This document shows positions 12,965 through 25,713 of a DNA stretch of 64,000 nt, piece by piece. Position 1 is the first letter of the stretch. Each line of letters starts with the position of its first letter. This DNA comes from Eledone cirrhosa (taxonomy: Eukaryota). The stretch lies in NCBI GenBank assembly GCA_964016885.1, contig OZ024745.1, forward strand, positions 41,044,001-41,108,000, given 5' to 3'. The notes beneath the pieces were generated by a model. That model was not told where the DNA came from. It saw only the letters and a list, made by a program, of their open reading frames with translations, and did no database searches. The translations under genes and the position numbers were made by a program.

Positions 12965-13367
12965 ATATGTATGTACGTATACATACATACTTACATTTAA
13001 GTAAGTGCCGTACTAAGAGTGAGAAATGAAATTTCGTTTCATTCTATTCCATTTATCGTTTTTGGTGCGCCTGGCCGACTGAACTCACTCGATATGCAAA
13101 TAGGGCTGCTCAGCCGTTAATTTTCATGAGGAAAGTATATACTTTCGGACGTTCAACCATCTGGCAGAAAGGTATACGGTGCTGACGATAGCTAACAAGC
13201 TTGAAACTAGTACATCGTTCCTGTGTCAGTGTTGAACAAAAAGGTGACGTGGTTGCCTAAACACTGTACGGCGTAAATCAGGCTGTTCGTTTGTTTACAA
13301 ACGAACAAAGCGAACATTATAATAAATGTTCGGTAAACTGATATGTGCATATATATATGTGTGCCTG

Positions 13368-13412
<45 letters not shown>

Positions 13413-13523
13413 TACTGTACGTCTGTATACATATATGTATGTACGTATACATACATACTTACATTTAAGTAAGTGCCGTACTAAGAGTGAGAAATGAAAT
13501 TTCGTTTCATTCTATTCCATTTA
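12965..13523 (+). mobile_element. non-coding PLE-like element, family B, with direct terminal repeat and hammerhead
   Basis: 12970-13055 is repeated directly at 13438-13523; hammerhead 13177-13217; flanked by (TA)n; relative at 24310-24748. Confidence 0.75.
13177..13217 (+). ncRNA. minimal type I hammerhead ribozyme
   Basis: CGGTG CTGACGA T AGCT AACA AGCT T GAAA CTAG TA CATCG. Confidence 0.8.
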
Positions 13524-13801
13524 TATATATATATATATATATGGTTATATATATATATGTGTGTGGTTTTCTCACATTTGTGAGAAACCACAAACCCTCC
13601 ATCTCAATTCTACTTTTGAAAAGCAGAAGAACTGCGAAACCGGTAAAGGAACCAAATAAATATATATTTTTTTTAAAAGACTCCAGTTGCATTTTCGATT
13701 TCATCTTTTTGCTTATACTTTCACTCATGTAGGACACCTCGGTTTTTTTTTTCATTTTGTAAAAAAAAACTCACTTTCTAACATATATATATATATATAC
13801 A

Positions 13802-13863
13802 AGGGCAGTGTCCCAGCATGGCCTCACCCGGATGGCTGAAACAGGTAAAAGAGTAAAAGAGTA
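13802..13863 (+). mobile_element. 3' tail fragment of a SINE/LINE ending in GTAAAAGA repeats
   Basis: CCCAGCATGGCC...GGCTGAAACAGGTAAAAGAGTAAAAGAGTA; resemblance to octopus SINE tails is from recollection only. Confidence 0.4.
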
Positions 13864-13864
13864 T

Positions 13865-14108
13865 ATATATATATATACACACACATATCTATATATATAC
13901 ACACACACACATATCTATATATATACACACACACACATATCTATATATACACACACACACACACATCTATATATACACACACACACACACACATCTATAT
14001 ATACACACACACACACACACATCTATATATACACACACACACACACATCTATATATACACACACACACACACATCTATATATACACACACACACACACAT
14101 CTATATAT

Positions 14109-14120
<12 letters not shown>
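13865..14120. repeat. compound (TA)/(CA) minisatellite
   Basis: About 10 units of TCTATATATA(CA)n. Confidence 0.9.
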
Positions 14121-14189
<69 letters not shown>

Positions 14190-14307
14190 TAGATGGACAT
14201 TTTTAGAAAGAAGATTTGAATATATTATTTCTATTCGGAAAACAATTGCATATATTGTCATCATTAAGATGTGGTTTGTACTTCTAGCTGTTTAGATTGT
14301 ATGTATT

Positions 14308-14369
<62 letters not shown>

Positions 14370-14413
14370 TAGGTAAATATACACGGGTGTGTATGATTGT
14401 GTATAGAAGATTA

Positions 14414-15195
<782 letters not shown>

Positions 15196-15224
15196 TATAT
15201 ATATATATATATATATTGTTATAT

Positions 15225-15480
15225 ATATTGTTATACTTGGGGAGGGTCATATTTGTGTAATATTGCCAGAATTAGTAACAGAACACACTCACTGTTTGGT
15301 TGGTTTTCGCTTTTCGCTTCTGTGTCTTTTATATCGGTAATCTAATTTATTCGGTCCTCAATGTTACCATTGACTGACCAACGGTAAAAAATAATACAGA
15401 TGCAATATAGACAAAAACACATATATATAGTTTATCAAAGTTCTTTCGTTGCACATCTGCAACATCGTCAGTGGTGCTAT
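15225..15480 (-). mobile_element. diverged relative of family A with hammerhead at 15434-15475
   Basis: Starts ATATTGTTATACTTGGGGAGGGTCAT like family A; minus strand ACCA CTGACGA T GTTGCA GATG TGCAAC GAAA GAAC TT TGAT. Confidence 0.7.
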
Positions 15481-15689
15481 TGTTTCCTCCCGTTACATTG
15501 TATGTCTACGCCATCTTTATTTAGTCTGTTTATATATTTATTTATTTCATTGTTTGTTTGTTTATTTTATTTTATTTTATTTTATTATGTATATATATAA
15601 TTGGAAAATAGTCAAATCGAATCTCTGGCGGTTTGCAAGTAAATTCGGCCTACTTATATGAAATGATGAGTTAGCAAAGCACTATGTAT

Positions 15690-15763
<74 letters not shown>

Positions 15764-17495
15764 GCGTGGATGTACAGGGTGATAAGAGTGATTTTGTTCA
15801 ATTTATAGTGTATGTATTTATACATTCTCTCTCTGTTTCTTGATTCTTCCTCCTATTTCTTTCCCCCTCTCTTCTTTCTCTTTCGTTCTCATTCCTCTTG
15901 CTCCACCATTCATACCATCCGTCACCCCTTTATTACTAATTATTATTTTCATAGCTGTTTGTCACGAGTACAAAAAGTGAGACAGTTAGGTCAAACAAAA
16001 TCTTATATGAATTAATGTTATAAGGTATATATGTATATGTGCTCTATCTACATTTTCATTTCCTTTAAATAACTAAAGCAGAGTATCTCAACTATGCTAG
16101 CTAACACATTTACTCTGCTAGCTAACACATTTACTATAGGTAAAAATGTATCTCATATATTCGTGTGTTAACACCACCTCATAGGCATGGGTGCAGGCAG
16201 CACTCAACAGGGAGTTCTTGACGTCTCGATGCACAGATGCTTTTTGGACACTGGCAAGAACCCAATAACTAAAAATAAACTCGTCTTACAACTTTCTTTC
16301 TGAACAATCGCAAACTTCGATCGAATTTAGACCCCGGGACTTACCTTTTCCTGACACATCTTTATCCATCTGCCGTGTTACTCTATATGAAATATTCTAC
16401 TATAATTTAGAGTTACCAAATATTATAGTTATCTGCATTGTGTCGATTATGTTTAAACATTTTAAATTTTCCTATATTCTTTTTAAATTGAAGCAAATCT
16501 TGTTTACACTTCTAATTTCACGGTTAAATCTTCTAAAACGATGGCAGTGGGCGCTTTCTGATGCATCGGTTAAATGTGCCTGTCGGGAATTCCAGACATG
16601 CATGTTTCGTGTTTCTGTGGTCGTCTCTGCCCAGCTGTTTCCGTCTTCTGGAGTACTTTATTTGACTCATTCAACTATTATTCATATTTATCAAATATTA
16701 TTATAGTTATCTGCACTGTGGTGACTGTATTTTCATATTTCAAATTAACCAATACTTTGTAAGTTCTGTTCAGCCCTCGATGTGAAGCTGTGATTAGGTG
16801 TAGTGATGTGATGGCTATGTTTGTAAAAAGAGAACAGCATTGATCATGTGCCCACGAAATCGTCTTGACACCTAACGGCCAGCAAATATATGGGATGTTA
16901 CAGATTTTCCTGATTTATTCTATCTGCTGTACTAGTGACTTACGTACAAATATAAACTACTTTAACTGACTCAGATCTGTTGATACAAATATTAACATAC
17001 ACACATATATGTGTGTATAAGTGAGTGTTGTTGTTAATATTGAAGACAATTATTTTCGAGATACAATTTATGTAAGAAACTTTATTTTACATGGTATTCA
17101 GACCTCTACAATTCGTTTGAAACAACAAATATCCTAAATCCGTAATCTTGTCCAGGTTTCCAAACCTCGAATTCTCATAATCAGGTTGGTGCGGAGTGGG
17201 AGATTGTTGGTTTAATTTCACTGCCACTTTCATTTGAGGCAAATGTATTTTGCAGGGAAATGTTCTTACTCCGCCACCATTGTATGTATTTCATACCGGA
17301 ATGTGAATCATAAAGATTGACTTCATGTTATATACTGTCTGTGTTTTTTGTTTTTTTTCTTCGGATAACTATTCGTCTTAGTTATCAACGCACTGTGGTG
17401 AGATGTACAGTCTTTAATGCGTTCGAAACTTCAGCGAGCCACAGAAGACAGCTGATGAGTGGGAATTGTCCTTGTGTTTGTTTGTTTCGCTTACG

Positions 17496-17556
<61 letters not shown>

Positions 17557-17808
17557 TCTCTCTTTCTTTCTCTCTCTCTTTCTCTCTCTCCCTTCTCGTT
17601 AAGAGTGAAATCAGCGATTCTTGGCTTAAACTTTAATCTGTTATTTTAATATATATATATATGATGAAGGGTAATACCCAGAAACATTAGTGTCTGCAGT
17701 TCTATTTACATGCCAACACAAGAGCTAGAATGAGGGGCTCATTCTTATGACGTGGCTTTAAAGAAGGGGATGTTTGCATAATTTCAAACGAATCGAATAT
17801 TATTATTA

Positions 17809-18000
17809 GGGACGTTGTATTGGCAGTATCGGTAGAGGGTCGGACAACATGCTTTGTAGCATAGTTAAACCACTTTATGGTCTGAGTTTAATTCCCGTCG
17901 AGGTTAAGTTTGCCTTTCATCCTTACGGGGTCGATGAAATAAAGTACCAGTAATTCACTGGGATAATTGCTGGCCTTGTGCCAAAAGTAGAAACAATTAT
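17809..18000 (+). mobile_element. tRNA-derived SINE copy
   Basis: TGGCAGTATCGGTAGAGGGTCGG...GCCTTTCATCCTTACGGGGTCGAT...GTAGAAACAATTAT. Confidence 0.9.
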
Positions 18001-18482
18001 TAATATTCAAAAAACTCAAATTACATTTATATGAATATATATATATATATATGTATATAAAATGTATGTATATAATCATCAGTGACATTAAAAGATCTTC
18101 TACCCACTCTTTCATTGTAATGAATACTTGGCAGAAAACATGTGGATGAGAAGACAATAGTTCTAGAGGTGAGAATTGGAATCTGAAATCAATGGAAACT
18201 ATTCACAGATTTCATGCTATTTTCTTTTCCTTGAAAATATGCCTCAATTTTCTCGTCTTTATATTCGTCTTTATCTACCAGTGTTTCTCTGCATTTTCTT
18301 TCTTTTGATCATTTAAATTTATGTTAAATAGGATTCATGTACGTATATTTACAATTAAATTACATTTGTATAATACAAAAAATAATAATAATTTCTGGTC
18401 GATTAATGGCTGTGTTAAATGCGATTCAGTATTTGAAATGTTGAAATACTGATACTGATACTGATGATGAGCTTGAAGTGTA

Positions 18483-18627
18483 TGATGATGATGATGATGA
18501 TGATCATCATGAAGAAGAAGAAGAAGAAGAAGAAGAAGAAGAAGAAGAAGAAGAAGAAGAAGAAGAAGAAGAAGAAGAAGAAGAAGAAGAAGAAGAAGAA
18601 GAAGAAGAAGAAGAAGAAGAAGAAGAA
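18483..18627. repeat. (GAT)n followed by long (GAA)n microsatellite
   Basis: Direct reading. Confidence 0.95.
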
Positions 18628-18639
18628 ATATTATATCTC

Positions 18640-19215
18640 AGTCATCGATGTTATTTGATGAGAGAATTTACCCTAATGAAGATCAAGCCGTCATCTGTAC
18701 TCTCAGAAATCCAGGACGTATAGGAGGGTCTTGCTGTTCCCAGTAGACATGGAGTGTTTCACAAAAGTAATTGGGTTAATGTTCTTTAACCAGATTGGAA
18801 ACTCTTTGAGATACTACCTAGTTCTCCAATGATGATGGGGACGACATTGATCTCATGACACTCCTAAATTATTTCCAGTTCCCAATTTAGATCATGGTGC
18901 CAGTTAATTTTTACCTTCTTCTCTTCTTGGACCATTGTGTCAAAGTGGCAAGCTACATCTATAATCAAGCAAGATCTTTTTTTTATGTCACTACCACGAG
19001 GTAGGCCTACTGTGTTCTAATCCTTTGTCTGTTTGTATCCTGAAATCACACTTTCACCACATAGTTATCTATCACTGACTCTGGCTTATACAAATGCGGT
19101 TTCTCAGAATGAAGTAATTTGTTCAGTTTGCAAAAATGCCAGTGAATCACTTTTCCTATATCATGCCTCCAAACTTTAAAGAGAATCTGGGCTAGATGTT
19201 TACACTTGGGATACG
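18640..19215 (-). mobile_element. 3' relic of an RLE-type (R4/Dong-like) non-LTR retrotransposon
   Basis: RHDIGKVIHWHFCK, DFRIQTDKGLEHSRP, CLIIDVA, VVPIIIGELGSI, LLGTAR motifs of the PD-(D/E)xK endonuclease region. Confidence 0.7.
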
Positions 19216-19237
19216 TTAGGAGCCACAGAGAAATACC

Positions 19238-19980
19238 TGACGTGGCATTGCTACCGAGGAGCGTTGCCATTTCGAGATAAGCTCTACAAGCATGGATGTG
19301 CCGTCAGTGGGAAATGTCCGAGCTACGTGCAGGGCAACGAAACCGTCCAACACGTACTCGTCGAGTGTCCGATAATTGCTGACCCGTGGGTTTATGCCGA
19401 GTCTCTGCTGTCACGTGTAGGACGGATCCGAATATTATTGTGAAGAACGCTTCACTGTCCTCCTTTATAGGAGAAGGAGAGGCCGTTTTTATAAGGCTGG
19501 TGGCCATGGCGAAAGAAGTCGTGGGTTGGACACGTTTGAAAGGTTTGAAGACAGCCATTTTCCTCTCCGGCGAAGCTCTGATTAACTTCTTCAGGTGTCA
19601 CTTGAGAAAAATCCGGGTGGGAAAGGGAAGTGCTGACATCAAAACAATTTGTGAAAAGGTGGGTGAGAAAGGTGAGCATGGCCTGATTGAATGGGCCCAC
19701 TCTGAGTGTGAGCCTGTAGATTAGAGGAGAAGAACTCGGGTAGGGCACCTACACGAGAGATCAGAGCAATCGTTTTTTTATGGGTGTTTTTCCACGATTG
19801 ACTCTCGAACGTCTCTTCAATTTTGAGGAACCTTTTTCTTTTAATTCTTTTGTTATCTTTCTTTTCTCTCATTGTTAAAATGTATTTACACGCAAAACCC
19901 ACACACTAACACTCACATACACACACTCTATGTTTTTCTTGATGTAAAGCCTTTGTGGTTAATAAAGAATTTATTATTAT
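19238..19980 (+). mobile_element. 5'-truncated L1/Tx1 LINE (ORF2 C-terminus and 3' UTR)
   Basis: WHCYRGALPFRDKL...CP...ETVQHVLVECP; ORF 19386..19724 is homologous to 37911..38258; ends AATAAA then (ATT)n. Confidence 0.85.
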
Positions 19981-20540
19981 CATTATAACAAATCATTATT
20001 ATTACTATAACTATAAAGATATTATGCCTCAACCATTATGTTGAAATTACGCTTTTCAGTTATCGACAATATATGGAAAATATAGAAATAATGAGCGAAA
20101 AGAGAGGGAAAAAGGAACAGCTGCTATACTATTGTTGTATTTTAGTACTGCTGCGTTCTTCAGAAAATCTTTTAACTCCCGCAATTATTTAACATCTTCT
20201 GATGAATTATAATAGTGTTTAGCACTGATTTGACTTTTCTTCAACATCATGATGTCTAGTGACATCCACTACGATACCGATGATGATGGCCATTATCATC
20301 GCCATCCTCAACAATGTCATCATAAACATACCTATATATATGTCCACACTATACAACCACACATTAAACTATATGCATTTGTATGTGAATACTTCAATTG
20401 TAAGAATCTGTATGTATATATATATATTAGATATATATATAAATACATTAGGTTATTCAGTATATTTGTGGTTTGTTGAGGAAGTTAGCAGCAATAGCAC
20501 TCTATGCTCTAGTACAGTGTGCAACCTCGTTTTATTCTTC

Positions 20541-20599
<59 letters not shown>

Positions 20600-20607
<8 letters not shown>

Positions 20608-20891
20608 ATACTTTGGGAGGGTCATGTTGCCAATAAAAAACACACGCACCAGTTGCTTTCACTTCAATTTATTATAATAAATTTATAAATTTAGGAATTT
20701 ATAAATTTCCGGTTGGAACCAACCAACCAACCGGAAATTTATAAATTCCTAAATTTATAAATTTATTATAATAAATTGAAGTGAAAGCATATTGTGCGTG
20801 TGTTTCTTATTGGCAACATGACCCTCCCAAAGTATAACAATATCGGTTTCAACACACGTTTTCAGATAAAGAATCTTGCTAAACAAATTCA
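20600..20891. mobile_element. fold-back PLE-derived insertion, family A copy 2
   Basis: Arms 20600-20716 and 20727-20843 inverted; tail 20844-20891; (TA)n flanks. Confidence 0.8.
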
Positions 20892-20945
20892 TATATAGAT
20901 ATATATAGATATTTTCAGCAAACCACAAATATAATGAATAACCTA

Positions 20946-21073
<128 letters not shown>

Positions 21074-21079
21074 TATATA

Positions 21080-21970
21080 TACATTGGCCGCCACATTATA
21101 CTTGTACAAACTCCAGGTTTGGGCATGACTATTAGTTGTATCATGCCTCCACTGACACGTAAATAAACCCCTAATGTGTGATTTAGTAGTATCCGTGGTA
21201 TAGACGATGGCCTGTCGAAATTGTGGAGTTCCCGCTAGCAATCCTGGGGCCAAAGTTAGCTACGTTCGGAAAAATTAATTTCCATTTCTTTCGCTGGACG
21301 ATACCACTCGAGACTGGCTGACTCATGGTGGTGGGTGTGCTGGCTGGGTCTCGCAATCGAAATCTTTACTCTATATCCCATCCTAATATCTAAATTTTTT
21401 TTTCATATAAGACTCTCTCCGTAATTTCATTAAATAAATAAATCTCGCTACCTCTATTTTTCAATTTACCATTTTGCAATTTAATATTTTTAATTTAGTT
21501 TAATTTCATCCTATAACTCGCAACATAAATTTAACGTTCCAATCTTCGGTTCACACATTAGACCATACATAGACACATTATAGATTCTTTGGGTGGCATT
21601 TTTTCGCGGCATTTTCTAACATGAATGTAGTTTGACACTTACACTACACTTATTTCTCCCTTTCTTTCTTCCCCTTCTTCTTTGACGGAGTGATGGTAGC
21701 GCATTGTAAGCCTTCGCCCCCTCACCAGATAATCATTGGTAGCTTTTCAGTTGCCAACACTTTGAGGGCGGCTGGCTGAGTAGCTAGTCGGTCAGCCCTC
21801 CTCTCTGTCTCTGATTTTTCGGACCCATGGCTTTTTACATATTCCTTTGTCATATTCTAATACCTGATGATATCACCGGATTCATATGGAACCCGGTCAT
21901 TGAAATGATCATAGTATAATAAACCTTTCAAGGATTTACACCAGTCCAGCCTCCTGTTATTTCATTTATG
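21080..21970 (+). mobile_element. PLE-like 3' fragment with hammerhead near its 3' end
   Basis: Between (TA)n tracts; hammerhead 21860-21916 then AATAAA; 3' end resembles 24930-24965(-). Confidence 0.55.
21860..21916 (+). ncRNA. type I hammerhead ribozyme
   Basis: ATAC CTGATGA ...ACCGG...CCGGT... GAAA TGATCA TA GTAT. Confidence 0.7.
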
Positions 21971-21984
21971 TATATATATATATA

Positions 21985-24260
21985 AATAACGAAGGAAATG
22001 TGGTAAGGAACCAGGTGGACCATAACGCACCAAAGTACTCAGTACTTGAGGTAGTAGAGTGGGTAATAGGAACCAGTAAGACCCCGACAGCTGAGCTCAA
22101 GCCGTTTCGACGGCTAATTCTGGACTAAAAGAAAATTTATCCTGGTATTTAAATAGCCGATCTTCTGAAGGGGTAATTCCATATATGGTCAAAGTGATTG
22201 TCAAAAATCAGTAGTAATTCTGTGGTTGCAAATTAGTAGGGGAGATGGTGGCTAAACCTGCCAGTAGGAGAAAGAGGGGAGGGGGTGGAGTAGACCCAAT
22301 CAAGCGTTGGTAGTGCCAGCTACAGCTGGGCATGAGGTCAAAGAAGATACAGGGGAGGGGAGGGGGAGGAAGTCGGAACGGTAGGTAGAACAATGGGGGG
22401 TAGAAATATATAGGAAAGAAAAAAAAATACTGAGAGTGAAGAAAAGCAAATAAGTGTAAAGAAAAAAGTAAAGTAAATTAAATTCTACGACCTAGGTCTC
22501 AGGCTATTGTTAGGCTAGAATAAAATAAAGAAAGAAAGAAAGAAGTAAAGAAATAAATAAATAAAGAAATAACGAAATAAGTAAAAGAACTAGGTGGGAC
22601 GCAATAGGCAAGGACCCTTTTAAGAGGTATAAGTACGTAAATGATACGGTGACGGGTCAACAAAAGGGGCCAAAATACTAAAGAGACTACCACGAAATAA
22701 ACAATAAAGGTTTCCATCTCGGGCCAGCAACGACCCAGTGCAGCAAAGTGAACTTGTACGAGATAATAATTCTGAGTCCCGAGAAAAATATATACTAATG
22801 CTAACTCAAGGACAACAACATCACCTATGATCTCACTTGGAGATTACTGTCCAGAGCCAATTCTTACACGGGAGGACGCCGTCCGTGCAATTTATGCTCG
22901 GAGGAACTTTACAAATGCTGTTTTCGACGGACCAACTCCTAAACAAGAAAGATGAACTGGTCACTGCATGTAAACATAGATTGCGTAGGACTTACCTCGC
23001 CCTCAAACCCCATAACGACCCGGGGGGGGGGGTAGACTAGGGCTATAACACCCCACTTGCCGATTTTGCAATGGGTAACCCATGCTTGCCAAGGAAGACG
23101 TAAGATCTTCTTTGTATTCTTTTATCGCTTCCTTTATTTCCTTCCCCCCTCTCTCCTTAGTCCTTCTACCCCAGCTCTTCTCCTTTGTCGGCGTCTTTTC
23201 TCGCCCACCCGAGGCTGCCCTTTGGCCCCATGTAGCTTTAGTACCCCCACCACCCCCTCCCCTAGTCTATGATAGATTTGGCGGACTCCGCACTTTATAG
23301 CAGTTGGCTTAGACCCCGGATTCTTGCCCCCTTTTTCCGACCGCTCCCACTATTCTCTGTGCCCTCTATATTTCTTAGTGGCACTTATGCCTTATTTTTT
23401 CGTTTCAGTATTTCTTGCTTCACTTTTCTTCTGGGCGGGGTGGATTCTGAATTTATTTCTCCGTATTCTACCTTTATTTCGTACGAACTTTCATGTAGCT
23501 TGTTTTAGATCTTTTAGAGTTAGCATTAGTATATATTTTTCTCGGGACTCAGAATTATTATCTCGTACAAGTTCACTTTGCTGCACTGGGTCGTTGCTGG
23601 CCCGGGATGGAAACCTTTATTGTTTATTTCGTGGTAGTCTCTTTAGTATTTTGGCCCCTTTTGTTGACCCGTCACCGTATCATTTACGTACTTATACCTC
23701 TTAAAAGGGTCCTTGCCTATTGCGTCCCACCTAGTTCTTTTACTTATTTCGTTATTTCTTTATTTATTTATTTCTTTACTTCTTTCTTTCTTTCTTTATT
23801 TTATTCTAGCCTAACATTAGCCTGAGACCTAGGTCGTAGAATTTAATTTACTTTACTTTTTTCTTTACACTTATTTGCTTTTCTTCACTCTTAGTATTTT
23901 TTTTTTCTTTCCTATATATTTCTACCCCCCATTGTTCTACCTACCGTTCCGACTTCCTCCCCCTCCCCCTCCCCTGTATCTTCTTTGACCTCATGCCCAG
24001 CTGTAGCTGGCACTACCAACGCTTGATTGGGTCTACTCCACCCCCTCCCCTCTTTCTCCTACTGGCAGGTTTAGCCACCATCTCCCCTACTAATTTGCAA
24101 CCACAGAATTACTACTGATTTTTGACAATCACTTTGACCATATATGGAATTACCCCTTGAGAAGATCGGCTATTTAAATACCAGGATAAATTTTCATTTA
24201 GTCCAGAATTAGCCGTCGAAACGGCTTGAGCTCAGCTGTCGGGGTCTTACTGGTTCCTAT
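21985..24260 (+). mobile_element. 5'-truncated Naiad-like PLE with ~740-bp inverted terminal arms
   Basis: 22066-22803 is the reverse complement of 23521-24260; extra tail 21985-22065 on the left arm only; GIY-YIG C-terminus in the centre; (TA)n flanks. Confidence 0.85.
22805..23015 (+). pseudogene. PLE GIY-YIG endonuclease C-terminal fragment
   Basis: LKDNNITYDLTWRLLSRANSYTGGRRPCNLCSEEL, frameshift, QMLFSTDQLLNKKDELVTACKHRLRR; homologous to 8026..8259. Confidence 0.8.
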
Positions 24261-24279
24261 ATATATAAATATATATATC

Positions 24280-24309
<30 letters not shown>

Positions 24310-24313
<4 letters not shown>

Positions 24314-24744
24314 AGTATGTATACGTACATACATATATGTATACAGACGCACAGTAGTATGTATATATATATATACATACATGCACACATATGTATATGT
24401 ACGTATGGATTCACCGAACATTTATTGTAATGTTCGGTGTGTTTGTAAACAAACATCCCGAATTAAGCCGTATAATGTCTAGCAACCATCGTTGCTCATT
24501 TGTTCAACACTGACAAAGGAACGCTGTACTAGTGTTAAGCTTATTAGCTATCGTCAGCAACGTATACCTTCCAGCTAGATGATTGAACGTCTGAAAGTAT
24601 ATACTTTCCTTATGTATATATATACATATATATATATACATACTACTGTGCGTCTGTATACATTAATGTATGTACGTATACATACTTATATTTAAGTAAC
24701 AGCTGTACTAAGAGTGAGAAATGAAATTTCGTTTCATTTTTTCC

Positions 24745-24748
<4 letters not shown>
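24310..24748. mobile_element. family B copy 2, fold-back arrangement, decayed hammerhead
   Basis: 24310-24610 is an inverted copy of ~13130-13460; 24640-24748 is a direct copy of the 3' part; at 24522-24562(-) GAAA has become AACA. Confidence 0.7.
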
Positions 24749-24784
<36 letters not shown>

Positions 24785-25186
24785 AAGGTTTATTGGTTTA
24801 CCACTGGATAGAATTGGTTATTCCGTATGGTCAATCTCGCTGTAATATTATGGAGAGTACTCAACGTAGTGCAGCTCACCCATCTTCGTTTGTATAGTCG
24901 GTGGTGCGAGTACAGTGTTAATTATTATAATAAAATAACAGGAGCCTGGACTTGTGTAAATTTTATTATTATATATATATATATATATGTGTGTGTGTTT
25001 GTGTGTGTGTGCGTGTGTGTGTGTGTGTTTGTGATCATGTGTGTGTTTGTTTGTTATCACCCCATCAATTATATAACCAAATGAATGCGGATCTTAAACA
25101 CCAACCAATGTGAAGTTGCTTCAACCCCGCGTTTTTCCTTGACCGTCCTAATTTTCAGTTTGACTCTCCTCCCTTTTCTTCTTCCT

Positions 25187-25211
25187 CTACTACTACTACT
25201 GGTAGTAGTAA

Positions 25212-25252
<41 letters not shown>

Positions 25253-25253
25253 A

Positions 25254-25297
<44 letters not shown>

Positions 25298-25298
25298 A

Positions 25299-25340
<42 letters not shown>
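25187..25340. repeat. (CTA)n/(GTA)n microsatellite
   Basis: Direct reading. Confidence 0.95.
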
Positions 25341-25342
<2 letters not shown>

Positions 25343-25605
25343 TATGTTGTAGTATATATTATTTTATGGTATTTGCGGTGTACAACTATAATTCCTGTTA
25401 CTTTTTGAAGGTTAAGATTATCAGTTTCATCACCAGCCACAACAGCATCATTAACAGTTGTATCATCATCAAGAAAAATACTATCGATATATTCAAAGTC
25501 ATCATCATCATCGTCATCATCATCGTCATCATCATGAGCCTCACCGCACCCCCGCTCACCATCATCATTACCAGCAGCATCTCCATCACAATATTCCTAC
25601 TTCGC

Positions 25606-25713
25606 AAGCATATGCTATCTTAAGTAAGATGAAAACCTTTGAGACAGTACTCTGTCCTCCTGCTCAAGAATATGCTATCTTAAGTAAGATGAGAAACTTT
25701 GAGGCAGTGCACT
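25606..25713. repeat. tandem duplication, ~60-bp unit
   Basis: CAAG(C/A)ATATGCTATCTTAAGTAAGATGA...CTTTGAG.CAGT occurs twice. Confidence 0.85.

Noticed and set aside
22499-23825. Duplicated 72-aa hydrophobic ORF METFIVYFVVV as a membrane peptide gene
   Set aside because: It lies in T-rich PLE 3' UTR and is duplicated only because of the inverted arms.
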